Of a stretch of 64,000 nt of DNA, positions 1-11,404 are shown piece after piece. The DNA comes from Acidobacteriota bacterium (GTDB lineage: Bacteria > Acidobacteriota > UBA890 > WLXD01): assembly GCA_965248695.1 (NCBI GenBank), contig CBDFKD010000002.1, forward strand, positions 2,496,001 to 2,560,000, written 5' to 3'. Both the position numbers and the translations under genes were made by a program. Under the pieces are notes generated by a model. It was not told the origin of the DNA and did no database searches. It worked only from the letters and a program-made list of their open reading frames with translations. How positions within the stretch are numbered: position 1 is the first letter of the stretch; every line of letters starts with the position of its first letter.

Positions 1-2
1 CG

Positions 3-2429
3 ATCAGCCTCGCTTCCGACTTCGATCAGTTGCGCGAGAAGTGGGTCGCGGAGCCGATGGACTACCTGACCTCGGCGCACATTCACCCCGACGGCGAGAG
101 CGTCGTGCTGACCTCGCGCGGCCGTGTGTTCGTGGCACCTACCGGCTCGGGTCGGCTCGTTCGGGCCTCGCGCCGGGAGGGCGTGCGCTATCGCGACGTC
201 GTGTTCATGCCCGATGGCGACACACTGCTCGGGCTGACGGACACCAGCGGCGAGCTCGAATTCGCCACCATCCCGGCCAACGGGGTGGGCGATGAGACGC
301 CGATCACCGACGACGGTACGGTGCTGCGCTTCCAGGGCACCCCGTCGCCGGATGGCTCCCGGGTCGCGTATCGCGACAACAACAACGATCTGTGGCTGCT
401 CGAGGTGGGTACCGGCCAGCAGCGCCTGGTGTCGACCAACCGCGAAGAGATCCGCGACGTCGCCTGGTCACCCGACAGTGGTTGGCTGACCTACGGGCAA
501 GTTGCGATGAATACGTACGCGCAGCTGTGGCTGTACGAGGTGGCAACCGGGACACGGATTCCGCTCACTTCGGACCGTGTCAACAGCTTCAGCCCGGCCT
601 TCAGTCCCGACGGGGACTGGCTGTACTTTCTGTCGGACCGCAACCTGCGCACGTCGGTCGGCAGCCCGTGGGGGCCGCGTGCTCCCGAGCCGTACTTCGA
701 CCACACGATGAAGATCTACCAGATCTCCCTGCGCGCCGGCCTGCGCTCGCCGTTCACACCAGATGACGAAATCAGCCGTGCGCTCGAGACGCCCAAGGAC
801 TCGGCGGCGGCGGACTCGTCAGACGGCGACGACGTTGAGGACTCGAGTGACCGGACCATGACCGTCGACCTCGCCGGCATCGCGCGGCGCGTCAAGGAGG
901 TGCCGGTCGAGCCCGGCAACTATTCGGGTCTGTCGGTGAACGAAGACGCTTTGTTCTGGCGGGCAGGTGAGACCGGCGGATCCGCTGGACATCTGATGGG
1001 CATGGCCGTCGGCAACGACGACCCTGAGCCCGAGCAGGTTCTCGAGGGAATCAGCAGCTATGAGATGTCGGCCAGCGGCGAGAAGCTGATGGTGCGGCGC
1101 GGTAGCGATATCTACGTCATCGATGCCGAGCCCAGCAGTGTGGGTAGCACCCTTGCCGACAGCCAGGTGGACCTCGGCGGGTGGACGTTCTCGATCGATG
1201 TCGCGGCCGACTGGCGGCAGATCTTCGTCGATGCGTGGCGTCTCGAACGCGACTATTTCTACGACCCGGGCATGCACGGGCTCGCTTGGGACGTGGTGTT
1301 GGAGAAATATCTCGAGCTCGTCGGCCGCGTCACTACTCGCGATGAGCTGAACCAGCTGATCGGCCGCGTAATCGGCGAGCTGTCGGCGTTGCACACCAGC
1401 GTTCGTGGCGGCGACACTCGCGAGGGCGAGGACGACGTCGCGGTCGCCAGCCTCGGCGCTCGCCTGGTCCGCGACCCCGGCGCCGGGGGCTACCGCATCG
1501 ACCACATCTATCAGGGTGACCCGGACTACCCTGATGAGTTGTCGCCCCTGGCGGCTCCCGAGCTGGGCATTGACGACGGCGACGTCATCGAAGCCGTCAA
1601 CGGCGTCGCCACGCTGTCCGTAGGCCACATCGGCGCGTTGCTCCGCAATCAGCAGGGTCGGCAGGTGTTGCTGCATGTCCGATCCGGGCCCGGCGGAGAT
1701 GGCCGCAATGTCATCGTCGTGCCCGCCGCCAACGAGCGCAACCTGCGCTACAGCGACTGGGAGTACACGCGGCGGTTGGAGGTCGAGGACGCGGCCGCCG
1801 GCCAGATCGGCTACGTCCATCTGCGCGCCATGGGATCCAACGACATCAACGCCTGGTATCGACAGTTCTACCCGGTTCACGATCGGCCGGGCTTGATCGT
1901 CGACGTGCGCGAGAACAACGGCGGCAACATCGACAGCGTCATCCTCGAGAAGCTGATGCGACCGGCCTGGTTTTACTGGAAGGGTCGAGTCGGTCGACCG
2001 ACCTGGAACATGCAGTACGCCTTCCGCGGGCACATGGTGGTGCTGGTGGATGAGAACACCGCCTCCGACGGTGAGGCTTTTGCCGAGGGATTCCGTCGCC
2101 TGGGAATGGGCCCGGTAATCGGCACGCGCACATGGGGCGGTGAGATCTGGCTGTCGTCGTCGAATCGACTCAGCGACGGCGGGCTGGCCCGAGCCCCGAT
2201 GGACGGCGTGTACGGCCCCGAGGGCGAGTGGCTGATCGAGCAGTGGGGCGTGGTGCCCGACATCGAGGTGATCAACCTGCCGCACGCCACTTTCAACGGT
2301 GAGGATGCCCAGCTCGACACCGCCGTCGAGTACCTGCTGCAGAAGATCGCCGAGGATCCGCGCGCGATTCCGACAGCGCCCGACTATCCGGATTTGAGCT
2401 TCGCGTACCCTCGCAATCAACAGCAGTAG
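3..2429 (+). CDS. Tricorn-like S41 protease (PD40 beta-propeller, PDZ, S41 catalytic domain); 5'-partial
   Basis: Frame is open to the window edge. Repeated SPDG/WSPDS propeller motifs, GYVHLRAM, DVRENNGGN, catalytic ASDGEAF and IGTRTWGG motifs. Confidence 0.92.
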   Translation: MSLASDFDQLREKWVAEPMDYLTSAHIHPDGESVVLTSRGRVFVAPTGSGRLVRASRREGVRYRDVVFMPDGDTLLGLTDTSGELEFATIPANGVGDETPITDDGTVLRFQGTPSPDGSRVAYRDNNNDLWLLEVGTGQQRLVSTNREEIRDVAWSPDSGWLTYGQVAMNTYAQLWLYEVATGTRIPLTSDRVNSFSPAFSPDGDWLYFLSDRNLRTSVGSPWGPRAPEPYFDHTMKIYQISLRAGLRSPFTPDDEISRALETPKDSAAADSSDGDDVEDSSDRTMTVDLAGIARRVKEVPVEPGNYSGLSVNEDALFWRAGETGGSAGHLMGMAVGNDDPEPEQVLEGISSYEMSASGEKLMVRRGSDIYVIDAEPSSVGSTLADSQVDLGGWTFSIDVAADWRQIFVDAWRLERDYFYDPGMHGLAWDVVLEKYLELVGRVTTRDELNQLIGRVIGELSALHTSVRGGDTREGEDDVAVASLGARLVRDPGAGGYRIDHIYQGDPDYPDELSPLAAPELGIDDGDVIEAVNGVATLSVGHIGALLRNQQGRQVLLHVRSGPGGDGRNVIVVPAANERNLRYSDWEYTRRLEVEDAAAGQIGYVHLRAMGSNDINAWYRQFYPVHDRPGLIVDVRENNGGNIDSVILEKLMRPAWFYWKGRVGRPTWNMQYAFRGHMVVLVDENTASDGEAFAEGFRRLGMGPVIGTRTWGGEIWLSSSNRLSDGGLARAPMDGVYGPEGEWLIEQWGVVPDIEVINLPHATFNGEDAQLDTAVEYLLQKIAEDPRAIPTAPDYPDLSFAYPRNQQQ

Positions 2430-2579
2430 CGATAGCGAGCACCTTCGCTCGAGGGTGCCGGATCACCGAGAGTCCAAAGAGCGCCACGGCAGTGAGAGCC
2501 GTGACGTACAGTATCGGGCGGAAGCCGGCCTCGCCGTTTCGCTCAGAGTGCGCTAGTCAAGGCAGAAGCAGAGAACCTT

Positions 2580-4667
2580 GTGAACACCACTCGCCTTGAT
2601 GCGCTGTTTAATCCCAGGGCCGTCGCAATCGTGGGCGCGAGCGAACGCGCCAGCTCCTGGACGCTCGAGATCTACAACAATCTCGAGAGCCTCGGATTCC
2701 GGGGCGAGATCTTTCCGGTCAACCCCAGGCGGCCGTGCGTTTGGGGCCGGGACGCCTACGAGGGCCTCGAGCAGATTCGCGACCAAGTCGATATCGCGAT
2801 CATCGCGATTCCCGCCACCGCGGCGGTCGACGCCGTAGCAGCGTGCGGCGCGGCTGGTATCCCGGCGGCAATGGTCGTTTCCAGCGGCTTCCGAGACGCA
2901 GGGAGCGAAGGCGCCAAGATCCAGGACGCGCTCGTCGCAGTCGCCAAGGCGAACAACGTCGCCGTGCTGGGACCCAACGTCGAGGGCTTCATCAACTATC
3001 GCGATCGTGTGGCGGGCTACGGGGCCGAGATGCCTCCCACCTCCAGCGTCGGCTCGATCTCGATGTTCTCCCAGAGCGGCACCGCGGCATGGACGTTCGC
3101 GCACATGGCAGGCGATCGCGGTGTCGGCCTGCGATTGGTCACAGGGGTCGGCGTTGAGGCCATCCTCGACATCGGAGACATGCTCCAGTGGGCAGCAACC
3201 GACGAGGCGACCTCCGTCGTAGCGTGTTACGTCGAGACGATTCGTGACGTCTCCAGTCTGGGCGGCGGTCTCGACGCCATGGCGCAAGCGGGCAAGCCCG
3301 TGGTGGTGTGCTGCCCGCGCGTGGTGGCTGACGCCGCGCGGCGGTCGGTGATTGCACACACGGGAGAGTTGCTGGGCGATACGACACTGCGCGACGCCTT
3401 CCTGCGTCGGCGCGGAGCAGTGGTGGTTCACGACCCCATCGCCCTTTTTGAGACTGCCCTCCTGATCGAGCGTTCCCCAGCACGCGTTCGTGGCACGGTC
3501 GCCGTGGCCATGCAGTCTGGCGGAAACTGCACACTCTTCGCCGATGCGCTCGACGAGTGCGAGGTCACCCTCGGTGAATTCAGCCGGAAGACAACGATCG
3601 CGCTGCAGGAGATTCTGCCGGACTTCGCCGAGCCCCGGAATCCGCTCGACGTAACCGGCCAGGCGGTCTTCGAGGGCGAGATCTACTGCGGCGCGATCGA
3701 TGCGTTGGCAGCGGACCCCGAAGTCGGCATCGTAGTGATCGACGTCGCGCCCAGTCGCCGCGATCCGGACGGCTCCCCGCTCAACGTGATCCTGAAGCAC
3801 GCGGGAGAGGTGCAGCGTTCGAGTGGCAAACCTGTCATCTCAGTGCTCGCAACCCCGTTCTCGTATCCCCCGCGCACGGCGGCGCTGCTAGCAGAACAAG
3901 GGGTAACCGTGCTTCAAGGCCACGCCGCGTCCGCCAACGCCATCGCTGGCTTGATAAGCAGTTCTCGACAGACGCCACCCATCTCCGGCCGCAGCGTCGA
4001 CAGGCCCGACATCTCGATCCCCTCGGGGGTCCTCGATGAGACAGAAAGCGCCCGCATCTTCGCCGCATACGACATCGAGCGGCCCCACGAGTTGGTCGCG
4101 CATACTGCCGAACAGGCGGCGGATCGCGCCGAGCAGATCGGCGGCCGTGTGGTGGTGAAGCTCGTCTGTGCCGAGGTGGCACACAAGGCGCGCGAGGGTC
4201 TGGTAAAGCTGCGGCTCGAGTCACCCTCGGAAGTCATGGTGGCGGCCCAAGAAGTGCTTGATCGCGCTCGGGAGCTCGGCACCGGTGGCAGTCTGCTTGT
4301 TCAGCAACAAGTCCCGGCAGGGCCGGAGTTCTTGCTCGGCGTGACCGTGGATCCCGCCTACGGGCCGGCGATAACGGTTCGACCCGGGGGCGTCGACGTC
4401 TCCGGTGTTTCGAAGTTCCGCATGCTTCCTCTGTGCCAGGGCGAGGCGGAGGACGTCGCTGCCGAGGCGTCGTCTCAGGCTACAGCCAAACTGTCGAATT
4501 CGGAGCTGCGAGCGCTGGCTGGGGCTGTGGATCGCTTCTCGTGGATCGGAATTGATCTCGCGGATCGGCTGCTCGAAATCGAGGCCAATCCGGTCATCAT
4601 CACGGATGGTCGCGCCGTCGCTGTGGACGCTCTGGCCGTCATGAAGGAAGAAAAAGGAGAGGACTGA
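2580..4667 (+). CDS. Acetate--CoA ligase family (ADP-forming acyl-CoA synthetase, fused CoA-binding/ligase/ATP-grasp)
   Basis: [28 protein letters not shown], phospho-His motif AHTG, NPLDVTG, and C-terminal EIEANP...AVDAL. Confidence 0.88.
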   Translation: MNTTRLDALFNPRAVAIVGASERASSWTLEIYNNLESLGFRGEIFPVNPRRPCVWGRDAYEGLEQIRDQVDIAIIAIPATAAVDAVAACGAAGIPAAMVVSSGFRDAGSEGAKIQDALVAVAKANNVAVLGPNVEGFINYRDRVAGYGAEMPPTSSVGSISMFSQSGTAAWTFAHMAGDRGVGLRLVTGVGVEAILDIGDMLQWAATDEATSVVACYVETIRDVSSLGGGLDAMAQAGKPVVVCCPRVVADAARRSVIAHTGELLGDTTLRDAFLRRRGAVVVHDPIALFETALLIERSPARVRGTVAVAMQSGGNCTLFADALDECEVTLGEFSRKTTIALQEILPDFAEPRNPLDVTGQAVFEGEIYCGAIDALAADPEVGIVVIDVAPSRRDPDGSPLNVILKHAGEVQRSSGKPVISVLATPFSYPPRTAALLAEQGVTVLQGHAASANAIAGLISSSRQTPPISGRSVDRPDISIPSGVLDETESARIFAAYDIERPHELVAHTAEQAADRAEQIGGRVVVKLVCAEVAHKAREGLVKLRLESPSEVMVAAQEVLDRARELGTGGSLLVQQQVPAGPEFLLGVTVDPAYGPAITVRPGGVDVSGVSKFRMLPLCQGEAEDVAAEASSQATAKLSNSELRALAGAVDRFSWIGIDLADRLLEIEANPVIITDGRAVAVDALAVMKEEKGED

Positions 4668-5053
4668 TGTCGAAAGAGGCAGCGCTGCGCGTGCGTATGT
4701 CGGCCCGCGATGCCCACTACGGTGGAGCCCTGGTGGCCGGCGCCAAGATGCTCGAGCTCTTCGGCGATCTGATCACCGAGCTCGCCATCCAACAGGACGG
4801 CGACGAGGGCCTGTTTCGCAGCTACGATGAAGTGGAGTTCCTCGCCCCCGTCTACAGTGGCGACTTTATCGAGGCCAAGGGCCGCATCATCAAGGTCGGC
4901 AACACCTCGCGACGTTGTGAATTCGAGGCCCACAAGGTCATCGCCGTGCGACAGGACGTAAGTGATTCTGCCGCGGATGTGCTGCAGGAACCTGTCCTCG
5001 TGTGTCGGGCCATAGGCACGACAGTGGTTCCCAAGAGCAAGAAGCGCCTCTAG
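4667..5053 (+). CDS. kal: Hotdog-fold 3-aminobutyryl-CoA / beta-alanyl-CoA ammonia-lyase (Kal/Acl family)
   Basis: RMSxxDAHYGG.LV.GA.ML.LFGD..TEL....DGDEGLF..Y..VEFLAPV..GDFIEA.G.I..VGNTSR signature. TGATG overlap with the upstream ligase. Confidence 0.82.
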   Translation: MSKEAALRVRMSARDAHYGGALVAGAKMLELFGDLITELAIQQDGDEGLFRSYDEVEFLAPVYSGDFIEAKGRIIKVGNTSRRCEFEAHKVIAVRQDVSDSAADVLQEPVLVCRAIGTTVVPKSKKRL

Positions 5054-5057
5054 AGGC

Positions 5058-5080
5058 CAGTGGCCTGCAACAGGCCACTG
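5058..5080 (+). terminator. Perfect 10-bp stem hairpin just after kal; possible terminator
   Basis: CAGTGGCCTG-CAA-CAGGCCACTG, 4 nt after the stop codon. No U-tract. Confidence 0.4.
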
Positions 5081-5125
5081 AGCCACACGCACGCATCGCT
5101 AGCCGCAACCTCGAGTCTCCGCTAG

Positions 5126-5150
5126 TATGCGCATATGCGCATATTTATGG
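5126..5150 (+). promoter_or_regulatory. 18-bp perfect palindrome upstream of argG; putative operator
   Basis: TATGCGCATATGCGCATA (5126-5143) is self-complementary and AT-rich against the background. It overlaps GCATATTTATG, which is loosely ARG-box-like, about 60 nt before the argG start. Confidence 0.5.
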
Positions 5151-5207
5151 TCCGCAACCGGTGGCGGCGGCTGACCCGCACACTCGAATCGATGCTGGAG
5201 ACTTGAA

Positions 5208-6413
5208 ATGAAGGTCGTGCTGGCCTATTCGGGAGGACTCGACACGTCGGTCATCCTGCGCTGGATTCAAGAGAACTATGACGGTGAGGTAATCGCCTAC
5301 ACGGGAGATGTCGGCCAAGGGCGCGAAGAGGTGGACAATGCGCGCCTGGCGGCGGAGCGCACCGGAGCGGCGGCCATCGAGATCGACGATCTGCGCGAGG
5401 AGTTCGTCACCGACTGCGTCTTTCCAGCGCTACGCGCCAACGCTGTCTACGAGTCGTACTACCTCATGGGAACTGCGCTGGCGAGGCCTGTGATCAGCCG
5501 GGGGCTAGTACGCGCGGCCGAGAAGCACGGCGCCGAGGCTATCGCGCACGGGGCCACCGGCAAGGGCAATGACCAGATCCGTTTCGAGATGGCCGCCTAC
5601 GCCCTGAAGCCCGACATCAAGATCATCGCTCCATGGCGCGAATGGAGCCTCAAGGGGCGCGCCGACCTGATCGACTACGCACGAGAACATGGCATCGACC
5701 TGTCGGCGGTGTCGAAGCCTGAATACTCGATGGACGCCAACCTCATGCACGTCTCCTATGAGGGTGGTGTGCTCGAGGACCCGTGGGCAGGCCCTCCCCC
5801 CGGCATGTTTCGCATGACGGCAGATCCCGAGGATGCCCCGGACGATCCCGAGTACGTCGAAGTGTCCTTCCAAGAAGGAGTGCCCATCGCCATCAACGGC
5901 GAGAGCCTCTCACCGGTGCCTCTGCTCGAGCGAGCCAACGAGATCGCCGGACGCCACGGCGTAGGCCGGGTGGACATCGTCGAAAACCGTTTTCTGGGCA
6001 TGAAGAGCCGTGGCGTGTATGAAACGCCCGGCATCACGCTGCTGATACACGCCCATCGCGCCATCGAGTCGATCACGCTTGACCGCGAGGTGCACCACCT
6101 GCGTGACGAGCTCGTGCCGCGTTACGCCGAGATGGTTTACAACGGCCTCTGGTTCAGCCCCGAGCGCGAAGCGCTGCAGCAATTCATGGACTCGGTGCAG
6201 GAGCGCGTGACCGGCGACGCACGCCTGAAGCTGTACAAGGGCGCCGCCACAATCGTCGGGCGGCGATCGGCAACACGGACGCTCTATGACCACGCAACCG
6301 TGACCTTCGAGGCCGACGACGTCTACGACCAGGGCGATGCGACGGGCTTCATCCGGCTGCGCGCGCTGCGATTGCGCACCCTGGGCGCGCGGCGGATCTC
6401 GGAAGGCGAATGA
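5208..6413 (+). CDS. argG: Argininosuccinate synthase
   Basis: [59 protein letters not shown]. Confidence 0.98.
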   Translation: MKVVLAYSGGLDTSVILRWIQENYDGEVIAYTGDVGQGREEVDNARLAAERTGAAAIEIDDLREEFVTDCVFPALRANAVYESYYLMGTALARPVISRGLVRAAEKHGAEAIAHGATGKGNDQIRFEMAAYALKPDIKIIAPWREWSLKGRADLIDYAREHGIDLSAVSKPEYSMDANLMHVSYEGGVLEDPWAGPPPGMFRMTADPEDAPDDPEYVEVSFQEGVPIAINGESLSPVPLLERANEIAGRHGVGRVDIVENRFLGMKSRGVYETPGITLLIHAHRAIESITLDREVHHLRDELVPRYAEMVYNGLWFSPEREALQQFMDSVQERVTGDARLKLYKGAATIVGRRSATRTLYDHATVTFEADDVYDQGDATGFIRLRALRLRTLGARRISEGE

Positions 6414-7792
6414 TGTCTCTGCTCAGGGATCGTTTCGACGGACGGCTCGGCGAGCTCATGCAGCGCTTCTCGTCATCACTGCAGCTCGATCTGCAGATGC
6501 TCGACGAGGACATACAGGGCTCGACGGCGCATGCGCAGATGCTTGGCGAGACCGGCATCATCTCGAAACTGGAATCTACAGCCCTGTGCGACGGGCTGGC
6601 ACGAGTGCGCGAAGACCTTGCATCCGGGGCCTGGGTGCCGGGCGATGAATTCGAGGACGTGCACATGGCGGTCGAGGCGCGTCTGTCGGAGATCCTCGGT
6701 GAGGTCGCAGGCAAGCTACATACGGCTCGTTCGCGCAACGATCAGGTGGCCACCGACCTGCGCCTGTGGCTAAAGACGCGTCTGCGACGACTCGATGGCG
6801 CGCTGATCAACCTGCTGCGCGTGCTCCTGGATCGGGTCGAGAGCGACGGCTCCACGCTTCTGCCCGGCTACACCCACCTGCAGCGAGGTCAACCGATCCT
6901 GTTCGGCCATCATCTGCTGGCCTACGCATGGCCCTTGTCACGCGACCTCGGCAGAGTACGCGATGCGTCGCATCGATTCGACGAGTGTCCGTTGGGAGCG
7001 TGCGCCATGGCGGGCACCTCCTTCCCGATCGACCGGCATCGCACCGCCGAGCTGCTCGGCTTCAGATTGCCCACAGAAAATGCGATGGATTCGGTGGCGG
7101 CGCGTGATCATGTTCAGGAGGTTGCCGCGGCGTGTTCGATCCTGTCCTGCAACCTCTCGCGCATGGCCGAGGAGCTCGTCCTCTGGAGCTCGACCGAGTT
7201 TGCTCTCGTACGCCTCAGCGATACCTATTCCACCGGATCGAGCATCATGCCGCAGAAGCGCAATCCCGACGCTGCCGAGCTCGTTCGCGGCAAATCGGCA
7301 TCGGTTCTCGGCTACTGCACGACTCTGCTTGCCCTGCCCCGTTCTCAACCCTTGGCGTACAACCGCGACTTGCAACAGGACCGTGGGGCGCTGTTCGCGG
7401 TCGTCGACACGACCATCGACTGCGTCCTCGTCATGACGGAAGTGTGGCGAGACCTCTCGATCGCCAGTGAGCGCTACGAAGCCGACCTCATCGGCGACCC
7501 CTGCCTGGCGACCGAGGTCGCCGACGACCTCACCCGCGGCGGTCTGCCGTTCCGTACCGCGCACAGCATCGCCGCGCGGTTGGTCCGCCGCTGCGAGAGT
7601 CAGGGCTGCGGGCTCGACGGCTTGGCCGAAGATGAGCTCGAAGCCGTCCACGCGGGGCTCGCCGAGGTGGTGTCTCGCGTCGGCTCACCACGCGATGCGG
7701 CGGAACGGCGCCGGTCACACGGCGGCTCGTCGTCGTCAGAGATAGCGCGGCAGGTCGATGTCCTGCGCAAGTTAGCCAGCGAAGGCTCCTGA
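6410..7792 (+). CDS. argH: Argininosuccinate lyase
   Basis: [54 protein letters not shown]. Overlaps the argG stop. Confidence 0.96.
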   Translation: MMSLLRDRFDGRLGELMQRFSSSLQLDLQMLDEDIQGSTAHAQMLGETGIISKLESTALCDGLARVREDLASGAWVPGDEFEDVHMAVEARLSEILGEVAGKLHTARSRNDQVATDLRLWLKTRLRRLDGALINLLRVLLDRVESDGSTLLPGYTHLQRGQPILFGHHLLAYAWPLSRDLGRVRDASHRFDECPLGACAMAGTSFPIDRHRTAELLGFRLPTENAMDSVAARDHVQEVAAACSILSCNLSRMAEELVLWSSTEFALVRLSDTYSTGSSIMPQKRNPDAAELVRGKSASVLGYCTTLLALPRSQPLAYNRDLQQDRGALFAVVDTTIDCVLVMTEVWRDLSIASERYEADLIGDPCLATEVADDLTRGGLPFRTAHSIAARLVRRCESQGCGLDGLAEDELEAVHAGLAEVVSRVGSPRDAAERRRSHGGSSSSEIARQVDVLRKLASEGS

Positions 7793-7798
7793 GTCGGG

Positions 7799-8917
7799 TC
7801 AGATCTCCAGCTGGCGGTCGCGGGCGGCGACGTTCCACCGGCCGACAATCTCTCCTCCGGCGATGACCGTCGCGTGTGCGTGCAGCGCCGACGTAGGGCA
7901 AATGTGGTTCGGTATGGCCAGCAGCTCGTCACCCGGTTCGAACTTGGCAGCGGACGCCGTTTCCAGAACGAGGTGCTCCTCGTCCTGCAGCACTTCTCTG
8001 GCGTCGGGCAGGTCGGGGAAACAGAGCCGGGTACCGGCCGGCGGATCGGAAGCAACCGCCTTGTATCCCACGTCGAGGGTCATGCGATCGGCCATCGATC
8101 GGCTGACGACGCGGGTCAGGAGCGCCGCCGCCGGCGTGAACTCGAGATCGGGAAACGCCTCGCCGTAGCCGATGTCGTTGAACACACAGGTGCCGGGGCT
8201 ACACTGGATCATCGAATCCTCGATCGAGGCGAACACCGGAAACGAACCCGTTCCGCCGGCGACGATTCGCGGCACCGGCCAGCCCCGCTTCACTACCTCG
8301 TCGCGAAGCGCAGCGACCGGCTTCCAACCAGCGAGCACCGCCGATCGACGTTCCGCCAGGGACGTCTGGTGGTTGTGTCCGTCGTACAGATGTATCCCTC
8401 CGGATGTAAGCCCCGGTGTCTCAACGATCTGCCGGTAGAGCTCAAGTGCCTGGTCGCTTTCCGCCGGAAGCCCGGTGCGGTGCTGTCCTGAGTCGATGTC
8501 CAGCAGCACTTCGACCGACTGCCCGGCCCGCTGCATGGCTGTCCCCAGCGCGGCGATCGGCTTCGGGTGATCGGCAGTGACCGAGAACGTGACATCGGGA
8601 AACGTGGCGCAAAAGGCGACCGCGCGAGCGATATTGGGGCCGACGAGACCGTAGGCGAGAAAGACATCCTTCACGCCGCAGCGGGCGAGCAGCTCGGCCT
8701 CGGCAAACGTCGCCGCCTTGTGTCGCGCGATGCCGCGAGCGAGTTGCATCGCGATCACCTCGCCCATCTTGTGCGTCTTGCAGTGCGGCCGTAGCCGGTC
8801 TGCTGAACCGGCAATCCGGATCATCCGGTCGAGGTTTTCTTCGAGAATCTCGCGAAAGACAATCAGCGCCGGCGTGAGAATCTGGCTCGGGTCTTTGATT
8901 TCGTAGCGGGATTCCAT
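7799..8917 (-). CDS. PLP-dependent D-threonine aldolase / D-serine dehydratase (DSD1-like, fold type III) family protein
   Basis: TPAL, LRPHCKTHK (PLP lysine), HLYDGH, GGTGSF, EEH, PNHICPT. Confidence 0.88.
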   Translation of the reverse strand: MESRYEIKDPSQILTPALIVFREILEENLDRMIRIAGSADRLRPHCKTHKMGEVIAMQLARGIARHKAATFAEAELLARCGVKDVFLAYGLVGPNIARAVAFCATFPDVTFSVTADHPKPIAALGTAMQRAGQSVEVLLDIDSGQHRTGLPAESDQALELYRQIVETPGLTSGGIHLYDGHNHQTSLAERRSAVLAGWKPVAALRDEVVKRGWPVPRIVAGGTGSFPVFASIEDSMIQCSPGTCVFNDIGYGEAFPDLEFTPAAALLTRVVSRSMADRMTLDVGYKAVASDPPAGTRLCFPDLPDAREVLQDEEHLVLETASAAKFEPGDELLAIPNHICPTSALHAHATVIAGGEIVGRWNVAARDRQLEI

Positions 8918-9033
8918 CTGGTGTAGCCGACGCTCTCTCTTCTGGATCTGGCCGCCGGACTACTCTACGGTGTTTCACCACCCTGCATGCTGGGCGGCGG
9001 GGTGGCGGCATAGGCAGCGAACGAGGACCGATC

Positions 9034-9315
9034 ATGACGACCGAAACTCAACAGCAGTTGGACGTACCCCAGCTAGTCCTGGAGGCCAGCGAGAGATGCC
9101 AGGATTACCTCTCGCCCACACCGCTGGAGTACTCCTTGTACCTCAGCAAGGAGATCGAGGGCGAGGTCTGGCTCAAGCTGGACTCGATGCAGATCGGGGG
9201 CGCTGGCGGTTGGGGCCTGCTCAAACACAAGGCGCGGTTCAGGGGAAAGAAGGTCGTTGCGGTCGCCTGTGGGCGAAACATCAATCTGGACGTGTTCAAG
9301 CGCATCATTGCGTAG
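9034..9315 (+). pseudogene. Threonine/serine dehydratase (PLP fold II) remnant with a large in-frame internal deletion
   Basis: The N-terminus (PTPLEYS.YLS.....EVWLKLDSMQ) joins directly to the family C-terminus (GKKVVAVACGRNI). The SFK PLP-lysine region and the core are absent. 93 aa versus about 320 expected. Confidence 0.75.
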
Positions 9316-9386
9316 GCTCCATTGGGCGGACTTGAGAAAAAGCGGATGGTCGACGCAGTTTCAGCGTCAGAGAATCCGGAGGAACT

Positions 9387-11378
9387 ATGACCAGGAGTGA
9401 GGATCGTGGTCTCGGGATGCACCGGGATATCACCCGGCGCGACTTCGTCAATGGCGTGGGGGTGGCGATCGGGGGGTCGCTAATCGCACCTGGCCGGCTG
9501 TCGGCGCGCGAGGCTATGCGCCATGCCTCCCCGGCGCAGGAGTACTATCCGCCGGCCCTCACAGGAATGCGCGGCAGCCACGCCGGTTCGTTCGAGGTCG
9601 CCCATGCGCTCCGTGACGGGCAAACCTGGACCAATGTCACCGACACGCGTGAGAGCTACGACCTCGTAGTGGTCGGCGGCGGGCTGAGCGGGTTCTCGGC
9701 GGCCTATTTCTTCCTTACCTCGGCCGGCCCCGGCGCCCGCGTGCTGGTGCTCGACAATCACGACGACTTCGGCGGCCACGCCAAGCGCAACGAGATGACG
9801 TACCGCGGCCGCACGCTGATGCTGCCCGGCGGTACGTCGTACCTCGAGTCCGTGGGCCATTACAGCGCCGTTTCCAGGACGCTTCTCGCTGCGATCGGCA
9901 TCGACATCGACAGTGCCAACGCCACCAGCACCGCGGGTAGGAGGTTCTACGGATCGCTGGGGCTCGGTAGTGCCACGTTCTTTAGCAAAGAGGTGTTCGG
10001 CGAGGATCGGCTGGTGATGGGCCGTGGCGGCCAAGCCGGTGGCCAATCTGGTGGTTGGCCGGATTGGCTCGCGCAGACCCCGATGTCATCGGAGGCGCAG
10101 CGGGACATCGCGCGGCTCTACGACGACGGGGCGAACCCGGACACCATGCCCGGGCTGTCGGATGCCGACAAGAAGGAGCGGCTGGCGCGGATCAGCTATC
10201 GAGACTTCCTCCTCGATCTGGCCAAGGTTCACGCCGACGTGATCCCGTTCTTCGACGACCGCCCGAAGGGCAGCTTCTGCGTCGGCATCGACGCCCATCC
10301 GGCGCTGTATGCATGGGCCCAGGGCTATCCCGGCTTCCAGGGGATGCACCTGGAGCCTTTCGCCCCCGTAGGCCCCCTGGCGCACATCGGCGGCGGACAA
10401 CACGGTCGCGAGAACGAGTTTGATGAACGACCGGACATCTACTTCCCCGACGGCAACGCGACGGTGGCCCGGCTCCTGGTTCGCGCCATGATCCCCGACG
10501 CGCTTCCGGGAACTTCGCTGGATGACTCGATGACGTCGCGCCTCAGGTACGACCGCATCGACCGCGACGGCTCCGACGCCCGGATTCGCCTCAACAGCAC
10601 GGTGATCTCCGCCCGGCACCTGGGCGATCCCGATGTGGCCCGCGAGGTCGAGATCACCTATGTGCGCGGCGGCAAGGCCGAGAAGGTACGGGCGGCTCAT
10701 TGTGTGATGGGTTGCTACAACCGGGTCGTCCCGCACCTGTGCCCCGAGATGTCCGACGAGCAGAAGGTGGCGCTCATGTATGGCGTCAAGATGCCGCTCG
10801 TCTCCACTAGCGTCCTCATCCGAGACTGGACGTCCTTCACCAACCTGGGCATCTCACAGGTGACCGCTCCGGGGATGTACCACAGCGGGATCAACCTCGG
10901 TCGGTCGATCCAGTTCGGCGACTACCAACCTTCCAGATCGCCTGACGACCCGATGATCGTGGAGATGTACAGGGTGCCTTGCGCTCCGGGACACCCGAAA
11001 AAGGAGCAGCACCGCATCGGGCGAGAAGATCTGTTGGCCACCACTTTCGAGACTTTCGAGCGCAATATCCGCGACCAGCTCGGTCGAATGCTGCAGGGTG
11101 GCGGCTTCGACCCGGCCCGGGACATCGAAGCGATCACCGTGAATCGCTGGCCACACGGCTACGCCTATAGCTACAACACCCTGGACGATCCGATCGAGTG
11201 GGCGCTGTTCACCCCCGACGACCGGCCGTGCGTGGTCGGGAGTCGGCGATTCGGTCGGATCTCCATCGCCAACTCCGATGCCGCTGCCTCGACCCACACC
11301 GACTCGGCCATCGACGAGGCGCATCGGGCGGCCCGCGAGCAGCTCCTCGTTCGAAGCCGTGCCCGGCGAAGAACGTAA
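9387..11378 (+). CDS. spdH: Tat-exported FAD oxidoreductase, spermidine dehydrogenase (SpdH) family
   Basis: ITRRDFVNG Tat motif, YYPPALTGMRGSH.GSFE.AH, GGGLSG, DNHDDFGGHAKRNE, FPDGNAT.AR.LV, ITVNRWPHGYAY, IANSDA. Confidence 0.8.
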   Translation: MTRSEDRGLGMHRDITRRDFVNGVGVAIGGSLIAPGRLSAREAMRHASPAQEYYPPALTGMRGSHAGSFEVAHALRDGQTWTNVTDTRESYDLVVVGGGLSGFSAAYFFLTSAGPGARVLVLDNHDDFGGHAKRNEMTYRGRTLMLPGGTSYLESVGHYSAVSRTLLAAIGIDIDSANATSTAGRRFYGSLGLGSATFFSKEVFGEDRLVMGRGGQAGGQSGGWPDWLAQTPMSSEAQRDIARLYDDGANPDTMPGLSDADKKERLARISYRDFLLDLAKVHADVIPFFDDRPKGSFCVGIDAHPALYAWAQGYPGFQGMHLEPFAPVGPLAHIGGGQHGRENEFDERPDIYFPDGNATVARLLVRAMIPDALPGTSLDDSMTSRLRYDRIDRDGSDARIRLNSTVISARHLGDPDVAREVEITYVRGGKAEKVRAAHCVMGCYNRVVPHLCPEMSDEQKVALMYGVKMPLVSTSVLIRDWTSFTNLGISQVTAPGMYHSGINLGRSIQFGDYQPSRSPDDPMIVEMYRVPCAPGHPKKEQHRIGREDLLATTFETFERNIRDQLGRMLQGGGFDPARDIEAITVNRWPHGYAYSYNTLDDPIEWALFTPDDRPCVVGSRRFGRISIANSDAAASTHTDSAIDEAHRAAREQLLVRSRARRRT

Positions 11379-11404
11379 CTCCCTCATACCAGGTGGACCC
11401 TACG

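Noticed and set aside
819-2420. 533-aa minus-strand ORF
   Set aside because: Antisense shadow of the tricorn protease with no motifs; expected in high-GC DNA.
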